This document shows positions 38,601 to 51,800 of a stretch of 64,000 nucleotides of DNA, in pieces. The DNA comes from Phallusia mammillata (taxonomy: Eukaryota). Position 1 is the first letter of the stretch, and every line of letters begins with the position of its first letter. A program made the translations under genes and the position numbers. The stretch spans positions 3,224,001-3,288,000 of the forward strand of contig OZ281498.1 in the NCBI GenBank assembly GCA_965637545.1, in the 5' to 3' direction. The notes below the pieces were generated by a model. That model ran no database searches. It had not been told where the DNA came from and saw nothing but the letters and a program-made list of their open reading frames with translations.

Positions 38601-41600
38601 CATTACAGCTTTTACCCAAGGTATATTACAAATCTATCACGCTCTTAAGCTTTTTGTATTCATGCTCTGTAACCTTGTGATTTCTTACAAAGGGCAAAAA
38701 ATTCTTCAAACAGTGCCTGCAACCCAAACTGGAGGCTCAGATCAACCCCGAATGTTGCCCCCAAATATGGCATCGGGCCAAGTACCCACAGGAATACAAC
38801 ATGTCCCAAATATGTCTCCGAAGCCAGCTATTTTGCGGCGACCGATACGATCAGATACAAGGTAAGTTATCACTTAGTTAACAACTGATTTTTGATTTTA
38901 AAATATTTGTTTTTATTTCAGTATTACCAAAAAGCTGAACTTTTCTTCTGAACCAAGAGTTCATGATCGAGCTTCCCCAATAAAAACTGAGCAAAGGTGG
39001 GTTGCAAATTCCGTATTGCAAGTTACAGGTCTCCCTCCAGAAGGGTACACAAATTGTTTGTTTTTTTCTTTCAAACGCCTGTTTGATCAAAAAAGAGTGC
39101 TACAACCCTTTAAATTTACACATGTGATAGATAGTTATCCAACGTTAAGACTCCCAAAATTTGCCCCCAGATGCCCCAATGGTTTACCCACAGGCCCACC
39201 AAATCTTACAGTGGTTAAACTTACTAAACTACATGACCCAGGTGTATTATACTTTGTTTGTTGGTGGTTTCCAAAGTATTTTAGTACTTTTTGTGACTGG
39301 AATCAACCATTTTTCTTTTCCGCTTAAGAGTTTCTTGTTTGCTTACATAACCTTTTGATCAGCAATGCAAGCCCTTATGCCATTAAGTTTAGATACTTGT
39401 ATCATGCTCTAAAGCAGTGATTCTCAAACTGTGTGCCGTGAGAGATCTCCAAGTGTGCCGCGAAATATTTTCTCTTTTGAAGTGCAAACATTCCCTAGTG
39501 TTTTAGGCCTTTACGGCGAAATACTGGTGCGCATAACAAAGTTTTAAAGCCCATATTTTTTTATTGGTAATAAAAAGCATCCTTACCCACCACAATAAAG
39601 TTGAAAGTTAACTTAATTATAAGCTTATATGATCAACTTCTGTTGTGTTTCCCTGCGAAGTGTGCCTCGGAAGGAAATTTTGGTTCTTTAATGCGCCGCA
39701 TGGTAAAAAAGTTTGAGAAACACTGCTGTAAAGGCTGAGGGACACTTATAGTTGTTTCTACTCTGCTGCCATACACAGTAACTCACTGATGTATAGTTAT
39801 AAACTTTCACAGATTGTACACATAAAGATGTGCCATTAGTTTAGTTTGACTGGATAGCCCCACTAGCTTCCCAAAATATGTGAATTTTCAAACAATCTCC
39901 TGATTATATAATATTTGGATAGCTTGAAGAGTTGGCCATTTATAGATGTTGGTTGTTGTGTTTTACCCTATAGCCCCAACTTTTCCGCACACCAGCCCCC
40001 TAAAATGGGTGAATTTTATTAACTTTGTTCGAACTGGATGAAACATAGACACCTTGTAGACTTAGCCATTTGTAGGTGTTGTTTGTTTTGTTTTACCCTA
40101 TGATCTCACTATTTAACCCTTTTTTCCATTTAAACTGGAACATGAAAAAAAACACTTCAGACCATGTTTGACTTGAATAACGCTTGCATAGTTTGTACTT
40201 TACATAGAATGATCATGTAGGCACAGTACCAATCACTGTATCTGACCTTACAGCACCAAACTTTCTCATGGTTGTCACTAGAAATACATTATTTTCAACT
40301 TTGCATGTGTGGGGGCCCATGAGTTTCTGCCTGCAGAAACAAATCCCTCTCATATAGAAATTAAAATCGAGTTTAGAGGTTTAGATAGCTGATAAATATT
40401 TTTTCTGCAACGACAGATTGCATTCTGCAAATTCTTCTGATGGAGGACCCAATGCTTATGGGTCTGCAAAGCGATATCCACATGAGACGACATACTCTGT
40501 TACATCTAACATCAAACCAGCATTGGCAGGCCAAGGTACATATATCTGCATTTAGTAACAAATAATAGTTGTAACTAGTAATATGGGAATGCTTGATGGC
40601 CGGCGTACTATAATTTTTTCCATACAATTTAGTTAAAGCTTAATTCATATTTGTTGAAGGTAATGCTGAGAATAATATTTATCGAACTTGCATGTTTTGA
40701 CCACAATCTGTTGATAAACAAACAGGCTCCCAAACAGATTTTTACATTACCCCTTTATGTTTCTAGTTAAACCTACAGTGACCAGCAATGGACTTGGTCA
40801 CTCCTTAAAACTGCAAAATAGCAACACCAACATCCCATTTGTAAAAACAGGTTAATATTTTTATTACAATTTTTTGGCTATTTTAATATGTTTTTCAGCA
40901 TTTAACGACAATTGTTTGTTTTCAGAGCCAGGTTCCATGCAACAAGGTCATGTCACGAACTCAAGTGTTGATGAACAGAAGATAGGGATGGAACAAAGTA
41001 TCCAAAATGTGCCATTTTCCATTAAAACTGAAACAGGTATCTTAAACTCCCAGCCATATTTTTATGCTGAAATAAGGTTTTTGTTTCGTATGGCTATTCA
41101 CGACAAGTATATTAGACCAAATAGGTTGATATTATTTTTCTGCAGTTTCAGGCCAAAGGTTTCAACCCACAACCACCTACCACCTTCAAGGCAACAAACA
41201 AGGCCAGGATGGAATTTCTGCCCCACACCAAGTGATACATCAGCCAGTTTCCAAAGTGAGGCAGCTGCAGCAGCGAGTGACAGTCACAGCAACTCCAAAG
41301 ATCATCCCTGCCAATCAGCTACAGCACGGTGTCAATTCTCCAGCATTGCCAAACAACATGCAAATTCGCCAGGTCAATTCGAACACTGCAATGCACTACA
41401 GAGCTGGCGAGCTACATCAGACATCCATACACAGTGAGAGCAAGCTAAAACTGAGTGACAGCGCACCTGCTGGGACACTTAAAAGAGGCTATGACAAAAT
41501 CACCACTATTCCCCTACCTCGTGATGACCGTCTGAGGTCGAATTTAGAGCAACAAAATTCACATTTCATTCAAAACAGTGCCCATGTTAACTTAAGCAAC

Positions 41601-43747
41601 TCTGCCCACGAACCTTTAATGGGGCTCTCACCAAGAAAGAAGCCAAGAAAACAAACCCATGTTGTTGCAGAAGGTTTGTATTGGTCTAAATTACAGACAA
41701 TTGTCAAATATAATATACATGTGTGTCTTTTTATAAACTTGGTCAAAAATACCTGAATTAAAAAGATTTGATTTTGTCTAAATATTCCAAATATCCTAAA
41801 GTTTATGTAGTTCAACCCTACTGTAAAAAATGTATTTTCTCTTAGTTAAAGAACGCATTTCTTTGGGGTAGTTGAAAGTGTTTATTTTGCGGTTATGTTA
41901 GTAAAACCAGAAAAGAACCTTAGGCACCACTTTTAGCGATAAGTGCTGCACAGCATAACATTCGATACATTCTTGCAGAACTGCCAGAAAACATGCAGAT
42001 GATTGATGATGAAATGTCTACTGATGATGCTGATGAATGTGAGGACGAACAACCTCCTCCAACAACTGTCTGTAATACACAGGAAAACTCAAAAACAGGT
42101 AATATGCTGTTCTATTTTACCTTTATGGTCAGGGTTGCCAAAACATCCTTTTTTCTAAGATTTGTTCTTATTTTGGAGGAAATGTCAGAAAAATGGTTTG
42201 TCCTTATTTCTAAGAAATGTCCTTGTTTTTGACTTGAGTCCTTTGTTTGTCTTATTTTCAACAATTACAAGTCAAATCCCTGCTTTGAGTAAAAGTAAAC
42301 CTATAGACCTGAGGTGTCGTGAGATGCTGGAACACATTGTTTCTTGCTAAAATAACAGTTTCTTGCTAAAAATATGGCATGTGATACTCATATAAAAGCA
42401 AAGATTTTATTTTAAAAGCGTTTGTTTCGCTTCATATAGTCAATGGTTTAACAATGTGTGTTAGCAGTTTTTTACTGTAGTTTTAATTTTGTTTTATGTG
42501 TTTGGCAAAATCCTTTATGCCTTTAGGAACGTCCAAGGGGCAAAACCACTTATTGTCTGATTTGAGTTCAAAACCAGTTGTGACAACTGCAGTCAAGCCA
42601 ACCACTGAATACACAGATGAAGACGGTGTTAGGTACAGCTTGTAAACAAAAAACAAACTGTTTACATATGTGTGCTCATGTATCTGTAATGTAAACAATG
42701 ATCATGTTTCTGTGCAGGTATGTTGTTGTACGAGAGCGACCCCCTATTAACTTACTGAATGGACATCGCACAAGAGCTGTAAACAATCACTTCACCCACT
42801 ACTCTGATGTGAAAGTTAAAGGTATATGTTGCTTAAATTGACAAATAATTGACAAATCTAACTACTGCCAGAAGTGGTAATAACTGCAACTTTTTTTATT
42901 TTAGAAAAGAAAATAACGTTCCAGGATCAGTGTTTTGATTTGAATCGAATGAAAGGCTGGAAAGTCAAACATTTAGCCATTCAACTTGATGAGCTGGTAA
43001 GTTTGCTTTAAACTGATTTAACTCATATAAATTAAATGTTAATTTTTTTAAATACATGTTTTATGAGTCTGTCAATATTTGTTATTCCAGCGAACTCTTG
43101 ATGCAAATGCTCTCGAACGCATCGAAAGAGTCAAGAATGGCCTTCTTCAGCATTGCCAAACCGTACTCAGCACCGACGTTTCGCCGTGCGAGATCGGCTG
43201 CAAATCGCCGGCACAAATAATATCGTTGCCTACCTCTGTGGCCACCACAACCCCTACGCAGGCTCGCAGCTTCCCCACGACCTTTTCCAAGACCTTTTCT
43301 TCGGATAAAATCGGTGAAAACTCACCTTTGACCCCTCTCGAGCGGCGGGCGTCCAGAATCCGCGAGGAAATCCTGAAGACTGAAGAGATGGCACAGGTAA
43401 TACGACCATTTTCGAACTGAGTTGTTGTTTGTTTGTAAGATGTACCTGAGCAGATACTTAAAAGAGGGTTGTTTGGTGACTTAGGTCAAAAAGATTTTGG
43501 ATTTGTTGTCACACCTTTGAAAATTTTGTGACAATTATGATTTACAGATGTGTCTTTGTTTCAGGCAAACATTCAGCGCTGCAATGTTATGCAAGAGCAA
43601 CTTTCCGAACTGAAGGCGATCTTCGTCAAGGTACTAGACAACCGCGACCTCGCCACAAAGCTCGTGGAAGCCGGGCGTGTTTGTCAAAAGTCGTCAAAGA
43701 CAGTCGGCTCAAACGGGGTGCGGAGTTCTAAGAAGAAGAAGAGCTAG
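35667..43747 (+). CDS. SAP130: Sin3A-associated protein 130 (HDAC complex subunit), more than 20 exons
   Basis: Long S/T/P/Q-rich exons from ATG 35667 (35667-35873, 35981-36292, 36441-36518, 36679-36783, ...). Diagnostic SPRKKPRKQTHVV, then the SAP130_C region EYTDEDGVRYVVVRERPPINLL, HFTHYSDVKVKEKK, GWKVKHLAIQL, AQANIQRCNVMQEQLSE, KVLDNRD; stop TAG 43745-43747. Some middle exons (about 38900-41000) are not fully resolved. Confidence 0.88.
39415..39725. mobile_element. hAT-type MITE (311 bp) in a SAP130 intron
   Basis: TIRs CAGTGATTCTCAAAC / GTTTGAGAAACACTG; 8-bp TSD CTCTAAAG vs CTGTAAAG (7/8). Confidence 0.88.
39855..40102. repeat. Degenerate tandem duplication, period about 130 bp
   Basis: TTGGCCATTTATAGATGTTGGTTGTTGTGTTTTACCCTAT (about 39932) recurs as TTAGCCATTTGTAGGTGTTGTTTGTTTTGTTTTACCCTAT (about 40062); the GTGAATTTT block also recurs. 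Confidence 0.5.
40188..40345. repeat. Old dispersed repeat, copy B (homologous to about 22340-22492)
   Basis: Same ordered blocks as copy A, including an identical CCCATGAGTTTCTGCCTGCAGAA. Confidence 0.6.
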
Positions 43748-45830
43748 TCGATAGCTGAACGCACATTACAGCGTGTACCGTGTCCGGAGCCGCAAGCCGA
43801 GGGCGTTTTGTGCCTTGTGGTCAAGAGAGTGGCTCGTTTGACCTGAATGCCGACAAGGCAAATGATGGACTTCGTTCGAAGCCTCAAAAAAGTTCTTTTC
43901 ACATTTCTTTGCGCGTTTGTTTAAGCGCAAGTACTATCAATGCCAGCCGACCGGCCGTTTTACAGATATTGTGATTGCACTTACATTTTATATGGAATGT
44001 AGAGCTCACAAAGACTGATGGCATACGTGGTTCGGACGTGACTTCGTGCATCACAGAAGCTTTACTGACATTCCAGTTGTTCAACCGATGTAGGGTTACA
44101 TCAAAAACGTTTTTGTAGCACCTGCTAAATCTTCAGCACCCGTGGCCAGATTAACAGGGCATAAACCCAACGATAAACTTTGTTCTTGCGTTCTATTTTT
44201 GTACCTTGGATTTATTTACAGCGGATACGGTCGTACTGATGCTACGGTTGGACTGTGCCTATTTGGACCCCAGTTTTACAGCGGGCTAAAAGCAGTTTTC
44301 AATAATGTTCATTGTTCATGCACCGATTACCTGGAGCTGCACCATTTTTTTGCGAATTTGAGATATTGTGGCGATATAACTATAGTTCAATGTGACTTGT
44401 TTGTGCCGCTGCAGTTTCGTGCACTTCGCTACACTCAACGAACACCCAGAATTATATTTTTACTGATTGCCTGAACGCATGATCGATGAAAGTTTCATGC
44501 GCCTCGGTGCCTAGTCGGTGTACGTCAGGTTTTCATACATCTGACTACTTTGTAAATAACCACATTTCGACGCTTTCGTTCTTTTTGCTTTTTATTATAT
44601 TTTGTAACGTAACTTTAAAAAGCTTCTATGGTCCAAGATGTCTTAACGTGGTGAACACTGAACGTGTAATAAACCTGCAGCCAAAATACATGCACTGCTG
44701 TGAGGCCTTGAGTGAAGAGCAGCAGTTACTTTCGCGCGCTAAAGCACCGTGACGCGTCGTACGGTTGAGTGCATTTGGTAAACCGAGCCCAAATGGTCAC
44801 CCTAAGCTCCCCAGGCGGTAATAAATTTATAACTTACTTAATAGTTTTACAGTCACATAATCCGTTACTTATACAGCCTTGATTTTAAAATTGCTCTCAT
44901 GTAGAATTGTTAGCACCCTTGATTAGCGGTCGAAACAGTTGTCAACAGAAAGGAATTTGTTGGATAGTAAAAATGTTTGTCCCAGGACAACCGAATAAAT
45001 GTATAAGCTTGAGGCAGGTTGTTTTGTCACGCAATCATCGACTGGTGCATACAACGGCAAGCGCTGTTTTGTCAATAAAATTACCATGGTTTTGTCTGTG
45101 TTCATTTCGAGTGTCGAAAAACAACTGTGGGAAAAAGTCTTGTCAAAGTGGATACGGCCAATAGTAATCCGGCAATTACGAAATCTTTGAGGCTGAGGGT
45201 TATACGAAGCACGTCCAAAAGTATTATTTTAGTGAAATTACGTTTAAATTTAACGTTTGTAAGCAATCGCGTTTTGTTGTTGTTTCGTAACACAAATTAA
45301 TAATTTGAAAATAAAACAAACAAACCACACCCACTGGCATTTGCTGCTTTGTTGTCTGAAACTGCTGTGAAAGTGCTTGTGCTTTGGTATCCACTAAATA
45401 CTTTATTGATAACAAACATTAAAGTCGTTTTAAATTTGGTGGTCAGAGGTTCACTAGAGTGTAAATATCAGGAAAAACTCTCATCTGCTAAACTGTCTTG
45501 ACTACAGTATTGAGAATGTGTCTATGTTATAGTCAGAAGTTGATTTAACACCAGTTTGTGATGATATATGCTGATGTTGTTTTCTGATGAGGTTTAACAG
45601 TGTGTTTTTCAAAGACACTTGCTGTCATATGACCACAACAATATAAAGATTGCTATAATGTTTCATTTTATCTCATCTGTTGAGGCTTTTCACATACTTT
45701 CAAGGCTGTTTGTCTTATAGTCTACAGTTTAGTTAAGCTTTTGTCCCAGAAGTAATTCCAAACTTGGTGTTGGTTTGGGTTACAAAACATTAATTGACCT
45801 TCACCACTATAGTGCCTTATCAAGCTGAAA

Positions 45831-48800
45831 ATGCCAGTCAGAAAGCAGGGTGAGTAGATTACCTATGTGTTTAATAAGTTCTGTTGTTATGATTTAAAAT
45901 GATACATATCAATAGATTTCCTTAAATTTTATTTGGGGAAAAAATGACCACAGCACATTGAAAATGTTAATTATTTTATAACCCTTGAATTTTGTGATTT
46001 TAAGATGCCAAAAGGGCACTGGCTTTATTGGAGCAGTACCACAATCGACTTGACAATCCAGATGATACGCCACTGAAAGGGGCCCTTGAAAAAGTAATGG
46101 ACATTTTTAGAAGCCAATTGTTCCATGCATTGTTGGGTAAGTGTAGTACTGTAGCGTTTTGTTACAAATATAAGCAATAATATGCTTTCGCCAAATTGTA
46201 AAATATTATGATACAGATATGTTGTCATTAGCGGGCAATTTAGACTAAATTGTGTTGTTTATTGTAATTCTAGTAATTACTTTGTTTTCGACAAGACCCA
46301 GTAAACATCCGTAATGGACAGACGTTAGACCCGAGTGTTTGTTTACCCCTTGTTGTAAATTGATACATTGTCTTGATGAATGCATATTGAGCAGCAGTGT
46401 TTTAAACATTTTTGTAGATATTCAAGAATATTATGAACTAACGTTATCGGAATCAACTGAAGATATGAAATACAACCTAATGGTACCACAGGAAAAGCGT
46501 TGGAATGACATCTCTACAACAGGGAACACCTCACAAGTACCAAATCAGTACAACAACAATGCCATATCCACAAAAAAGGTCAGTGCACACTGTAGTTCCT
46601 CATGGTATTGGGGTTGTTTGGTATAATATCTCATTGGTGACAAAAAATAATAAATTTGTCTGGACAACAAAATATTTAATGATACTTGTGTTTTTTCATG
46701 CTGCATAAACTAAAAAGGATACACATTTATTGAGATGTGGACAAGTTGTTTTATTGAGTCGATCATTCATTCTGACTGTTAACACTTTAGTGGTTTTAAT
46801 CTAAACTGCAGAAGACTGCTATTTATACTTGATTCAAATTTATCAAAAAATTGAGTCATTTATCCTTGAACTCAAGATAAATATACTTTGCCTATGCAGC
46901 AGCATCGGTATCTTGCAAGGGTTTGCTTTTTTGCAGACTTTTTTTTCATCTGGAGAAGTTTCCTTTTCTCAAGGGAACATAGTTGGTTTGTAAGACTCTT
47001 CTCACCATGAAATATTAAATTTATTAAATGTGCCTTCTATTCGAGACCCAATGTTAAAACTATCTGTACTTATTTGTTTGAGCTTTCAGAACTAATATCA
47101 GAGTTTTATGTGATAAGGTAGAGGTTGGCTTGTTTGAAAATAAAATGCTAAAAATCATCATACAATATCCAAAACACATTCATAGTGAATTTGAGCATTT
47201 GTTTTCTGCTGTATTTTTTTCAGAAATAATCTAGTAGCAAAACATTGTTTTGTTTGTTTAAGAAAAACAGGAAACTCTTTACGAAATCACACATTATATT
47301 TCCACTTCACCTTTGGTGTTGGGACGTTTGCCAGTTGCCCTTTTGACTACAACTTGTATTAGTTTGGTCTCCACAATTTGCAATAGCTTCCTGTCGCTTC
47401 CCTTGCGCCTCAACCGCTACTGGCACTCCCTTCACATAACAGAGGGTTCCTGAACTCGTAACTGAAGGCAATTGCCACCAATCGCCGGGCGTTTACCTCA
47501 TGGACCCATGCCCCATGCTACTTTGTGCCAAGCCTCGTTGGCTGACTGTCTTATTGCCTTGTGTGATGCGAGCTCGTCTATTATAAATGACGATCGATCC
47601 CCGGGACAGCTCGCCAGCGACGTAATGCACCCATGGGATTCAAGAGAGTCAGTCTAAGGATCAGAATTGGTGCTTGCCGAGTACTCGCCCTGTGTGATTA
47701 AGTCAAGAAGGTGGTTACGTCATTTGCGCGTATTATCTTCAGTGCCACGTGGTTCCAATGCCACAGGAAAAGAGGTTGATTCGCCGGAAAAAGGTTTTGA
47801 GCAAAGTTGTCAGTGGACAATTGTTATTAGAAGTATTGGCAATTGCTTTCGACTTATGCAATTGCATGCGTTGTCAGGCTGTGACAGAAAAGGGCAATGA
47901 ACAGTGGTAATCTCAAAAATCTTAATAAACGCGCTGGCCGCTGAAACAAGAACGGTACCAATTGGTATTTATGTCGGATTTTAACGTTGGGATCAGAAAC
48001 CCACAACAGGCCCGTCACATTTATTGCCCTGGTAGCGTAAATGAGAATCTGATCAGCATTGATCCAAGATTTTTATTGGGATGTCGGCTTTCTCCGTGGT
48101 ACGGTTTTCCTGTCACATTAAGCATTGACAGGCCGTAACCGCCGCTACAAGGTGCAGTTTGTTTGTTCTTGGTGTAAGATCTGCATTCGCAAAATAGGCC
48201 AGACGGACTGTGACATGTGCGACTGGCAAAAATGGAGTTTTGGAAAAATTGGTAAAAGTTATACATTCCATTTGCAGTCGCCGTGTTCGACTTCAACAAA
48301 GAATACGTTAGCCAGATTTACTATTCAAAGTGGTAGGATTTGTTTAGTTTGTGCAATTTGGCGTTTCGCGTGTTGTCTCAATGTGATTGTTTAGGTTTTT
48401 TAGGATGCCGGTAGAGGTTATTTTTTAGCTGACGGTGGTTAGTGGAAAACCGTCGTCTAACACTTACAAAACCCTTCAAAAAATAGTGTGACCAGAAAAT
48501 GTCCTGTATGTGTTTCTCAAAGGTGAGTTCTTCGTTTTATTCTTGTGAAAGGAGTCTTAATCGCGTTCGTGTGTGTCACTTGGCTATGGCTTTGTGTTGT
48601 GAATTGTCGTCACCAGTCTTTCGTCCTGTCTGTTATTCTTGTCATAAAATACCAGAGCATGGTGGCGTGTTTACATAGTTGTTACTTCGCTCGTAAAATT
48701 TCTCGACGTTTTAACACTACCAAGAATTTGGGTTCCTCTGTGAGCCCTCCCTTTGTAGACCAGTGTAGGTATGTGTCATAATGACTGAAGTTAGGCGCGT

Positions 48801-51800
48801 GTATAAAATCAGGTCTATATTTGGCCCAAGGTTGCTACTCATAAATAATGTACTCCGGTTGGTGTGTTTGAAATATTCATATTGGCTTTTTTTTGCGGGT
48901 ACAGTATTGCCTTTAGCTTGTTATCCACTATATCGAACCTTGGCTGTTCATATCAGGTCGCAATCGCAATCTTTATCATGCCAATGGCCAGCGCTTATAG
49001 AATAATTTTGCTGTTTGGCAGTCACGTTTGGGCGTGTTATCGCGCCATCTGCTTCATTGTGTAGTTCTAATAAGACATACTCCCCCTGGAAAGCGAAGAA
49101 GGTCGCACATTTTTGTCAAACGTCAAACCCTATTACATTTGATACTGCATTCATTTCCATGGAACGTGTATTGGGGATAAACACATATGACTCACCTAAT
49201 GCAGCTGAAAATGTTAACACGTGGTCCACTCCGTCAGTTGTGAAGATCGAAGTTGTTGGTTGAATCGATCGCCTGTCTGTACTCTGCAATCTGTTTGTAA
49301 AACTTTTACTCAGTGTTGCATGCGGCCATCAAAGCGGAACGGTGATCGCCCTTTTTTGTGCAAGCTTACCAACTCTGTTTCACACAATTGCCGGTCTCAC
49401 GACCTGAAATATCGTATACAATTAAAATTATTTGCATAAATAATACGAACAATCTAAACTTTTTTTAAATTGCGCAAAGGTTTGTTACGAAATTCACTTC
49501 CTATTCTAATTGACATCATCCGTAAAAATATGACGTATACCAAAAATATGACGTATGCCAAATATTTTGTGATTGGAATATAGCCTATATGAAGATAAAT
49601 TTAATGTGCCTTTATGTCTTTTTTCTGGGGTTATTGTTTTGTATAAAACTTGACGCAGAAAATTATTTGCACGAGATTTTGTGTGACTAAACTTTATATT
49701 CACTTGGTGGACGCGAAAATTTACGAAAAGTGCACGTAAATGTCACGACGTTACCCCAGGTCGATTTATAGGGCAAAGAAACTGAAATCAAATTTCGATC
49801 AGTCTGGACCAAAAAGTCGTTCTTAATTAGATTATTCAACCATACGACGCGGGTGTTGCTCGTATTGTGTTCCATGCCTTGCATCAAGCATTGATCCTTT
49901 TTCCTGTTTTCACCTATCTATTAAATATAGTCTGTGCATTCAGCCAGCCAAACAATATGCAGGATGAATAAGAACAAAGTATGCTGGTAATGTAGCAAGT
50001 CGATATAAGAGAGCGCTAAGCCGTTGGGACGCAACATTCATCGCTAATCCACGTTGCATGCGCTTTTATGACGGTAGTTGTTCTATGCGACAGGGATTCC
50101 CTTCTTGGTGCCGACACCGTTCGTTGTCTCTTTGATAAAAATATTTCCCGAGGGCCACGCCAGTTACTTTTACTTGGTTGGCCAGCAATCGATGCCCGTC
50201 CTCACTGCTTCCCACGATCGATGCTTGGATTGTCGTGGAAGACTTGGCCGTCGAATATTTCGCTCACCAGATCGCGTGCACATGTAGTTTGAGCCAACTT
50301 AAGCAGGAATGCAAGCAGTGTGAAGTATTTTCTAGTCCAAGGTTGTAGGGACGTATTCAAGTTATATTGACTTCTGCTGTATTTAGGTGGATGGATAAAT
50401 GTGTTCCTGCGCGATTTAATTTGTATCTTAATCAGATTATGTACAGCTAGACTAGACCGAAGAAATAAGTTAATTTACAGTTGTATTTAACACTTTTATA
50501 TGCTCTGATAACTCATTCGTACTAGACCCTATTTCTTCTGTTTAATGTGTGCGTGCAAGCAGTCGGTTGCGTGCATTTTTGACTGTGCAAGGGTCCTTTG
50601 ATATTTTAAGCACTAGATTCTTATGGAGCGAACTTAACAGCGCGCGACCTTGTTATGGTTCATGCAGCGTCTTTCCCTCACAGTATGCTTTGTTCTTGTT
50701 CCATGAAATGTAAACGAGCCTCAATCTCGTACACGTTTGGATGCAAGGTAAAGAAAAGTTACCACCATGAGCTGTTAGATTTTACAAAAGTAACAAGAAA
50801 CTTTTGTATAGTTTAATGTAAATTGTGTTAAAAAAAGAGAAGTACAAATACAAATTTTTTTTTGTATTTTGATTGTGTTTTATATGTTTGTTGTGTTAAT
50901 TGGGACATGTATTTGTTGTACAAAATGTTGTGTAAACTCTTTGTTGCTTTCAGCAGTTCTTTTGAACAAGTGACATGCCTAGACTACAGGGCACCCAGGG
51001 TGCTGTCGTGTGTTTAATAATTTAGGCCGGTCGGTTCAATACTAATTTGCAGACTATAGATTATTGCCCGATTAGTGTTAGCATATATTAACTACACCAA
51101 ATTGTACTTTGTTGTAATGTTTGAAATCTATGCGCACAAAAAACTTCAACCTGACGATGAAAAATATAAAAATACCTAAAACTCCTATTGCAGTCAGCCC
51201 TAATTGACTAGGTTGTAGTTCAACTGTGTCTAACTATTACATGTTTTGGGAAATCTTTATTTCCAGGTTAAAATCAGTTATCAGTTGAAATAAAGATTTC
51301 CCAAAATGTGTGATATTACTATGGGAGGTGGAAATCGTTGCAACAATGGCAACAGAACAGGGAATGATTCCCAGAATCAATTTACAAGGATTTGTGTTTA
51401 ACTGTGTTTGCATTCTTTTTGTACAGAAATACCAGTACAATGGTGATGATGTGAATGAAGAAGTTGAACTGCAAAGATCACAGAGTGGAAGTAGTGGCAC
51501 AAAAATACAAGAGAGAACCCAGTTTGCGAAACAACCTCAGCCCCAGTTATCACCAGTTGGATACAACTCAAATGTAAACATTTTTTTAAATTTAGGTTTC
51601 AATTTTAGCTGCACCTACTCATCAGTAGGCCAGTTAATTTCTCATACCACCTCATGTCAATGCATCAACGTGGTATATATCATGCCATTTTTGGTGTTGT
51701 AAACAAAATATGTGATTTATTTCAGACAAATCAGTTACTTCAGCAGTACCAGCAGCCGACCCCTAATGTAAGTACACATGTGAGTGAAGGCAGTACAGTT

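Noticed and set aside
47311-47461. Minus-strand 50-codon open frame ([19 protein letters not shown]...) as a nested gene in the DLG intron
   Set aside because: No partner exons, start codon or recognisable motif; an open frame this long is expected by chance in a GC-richer patch.
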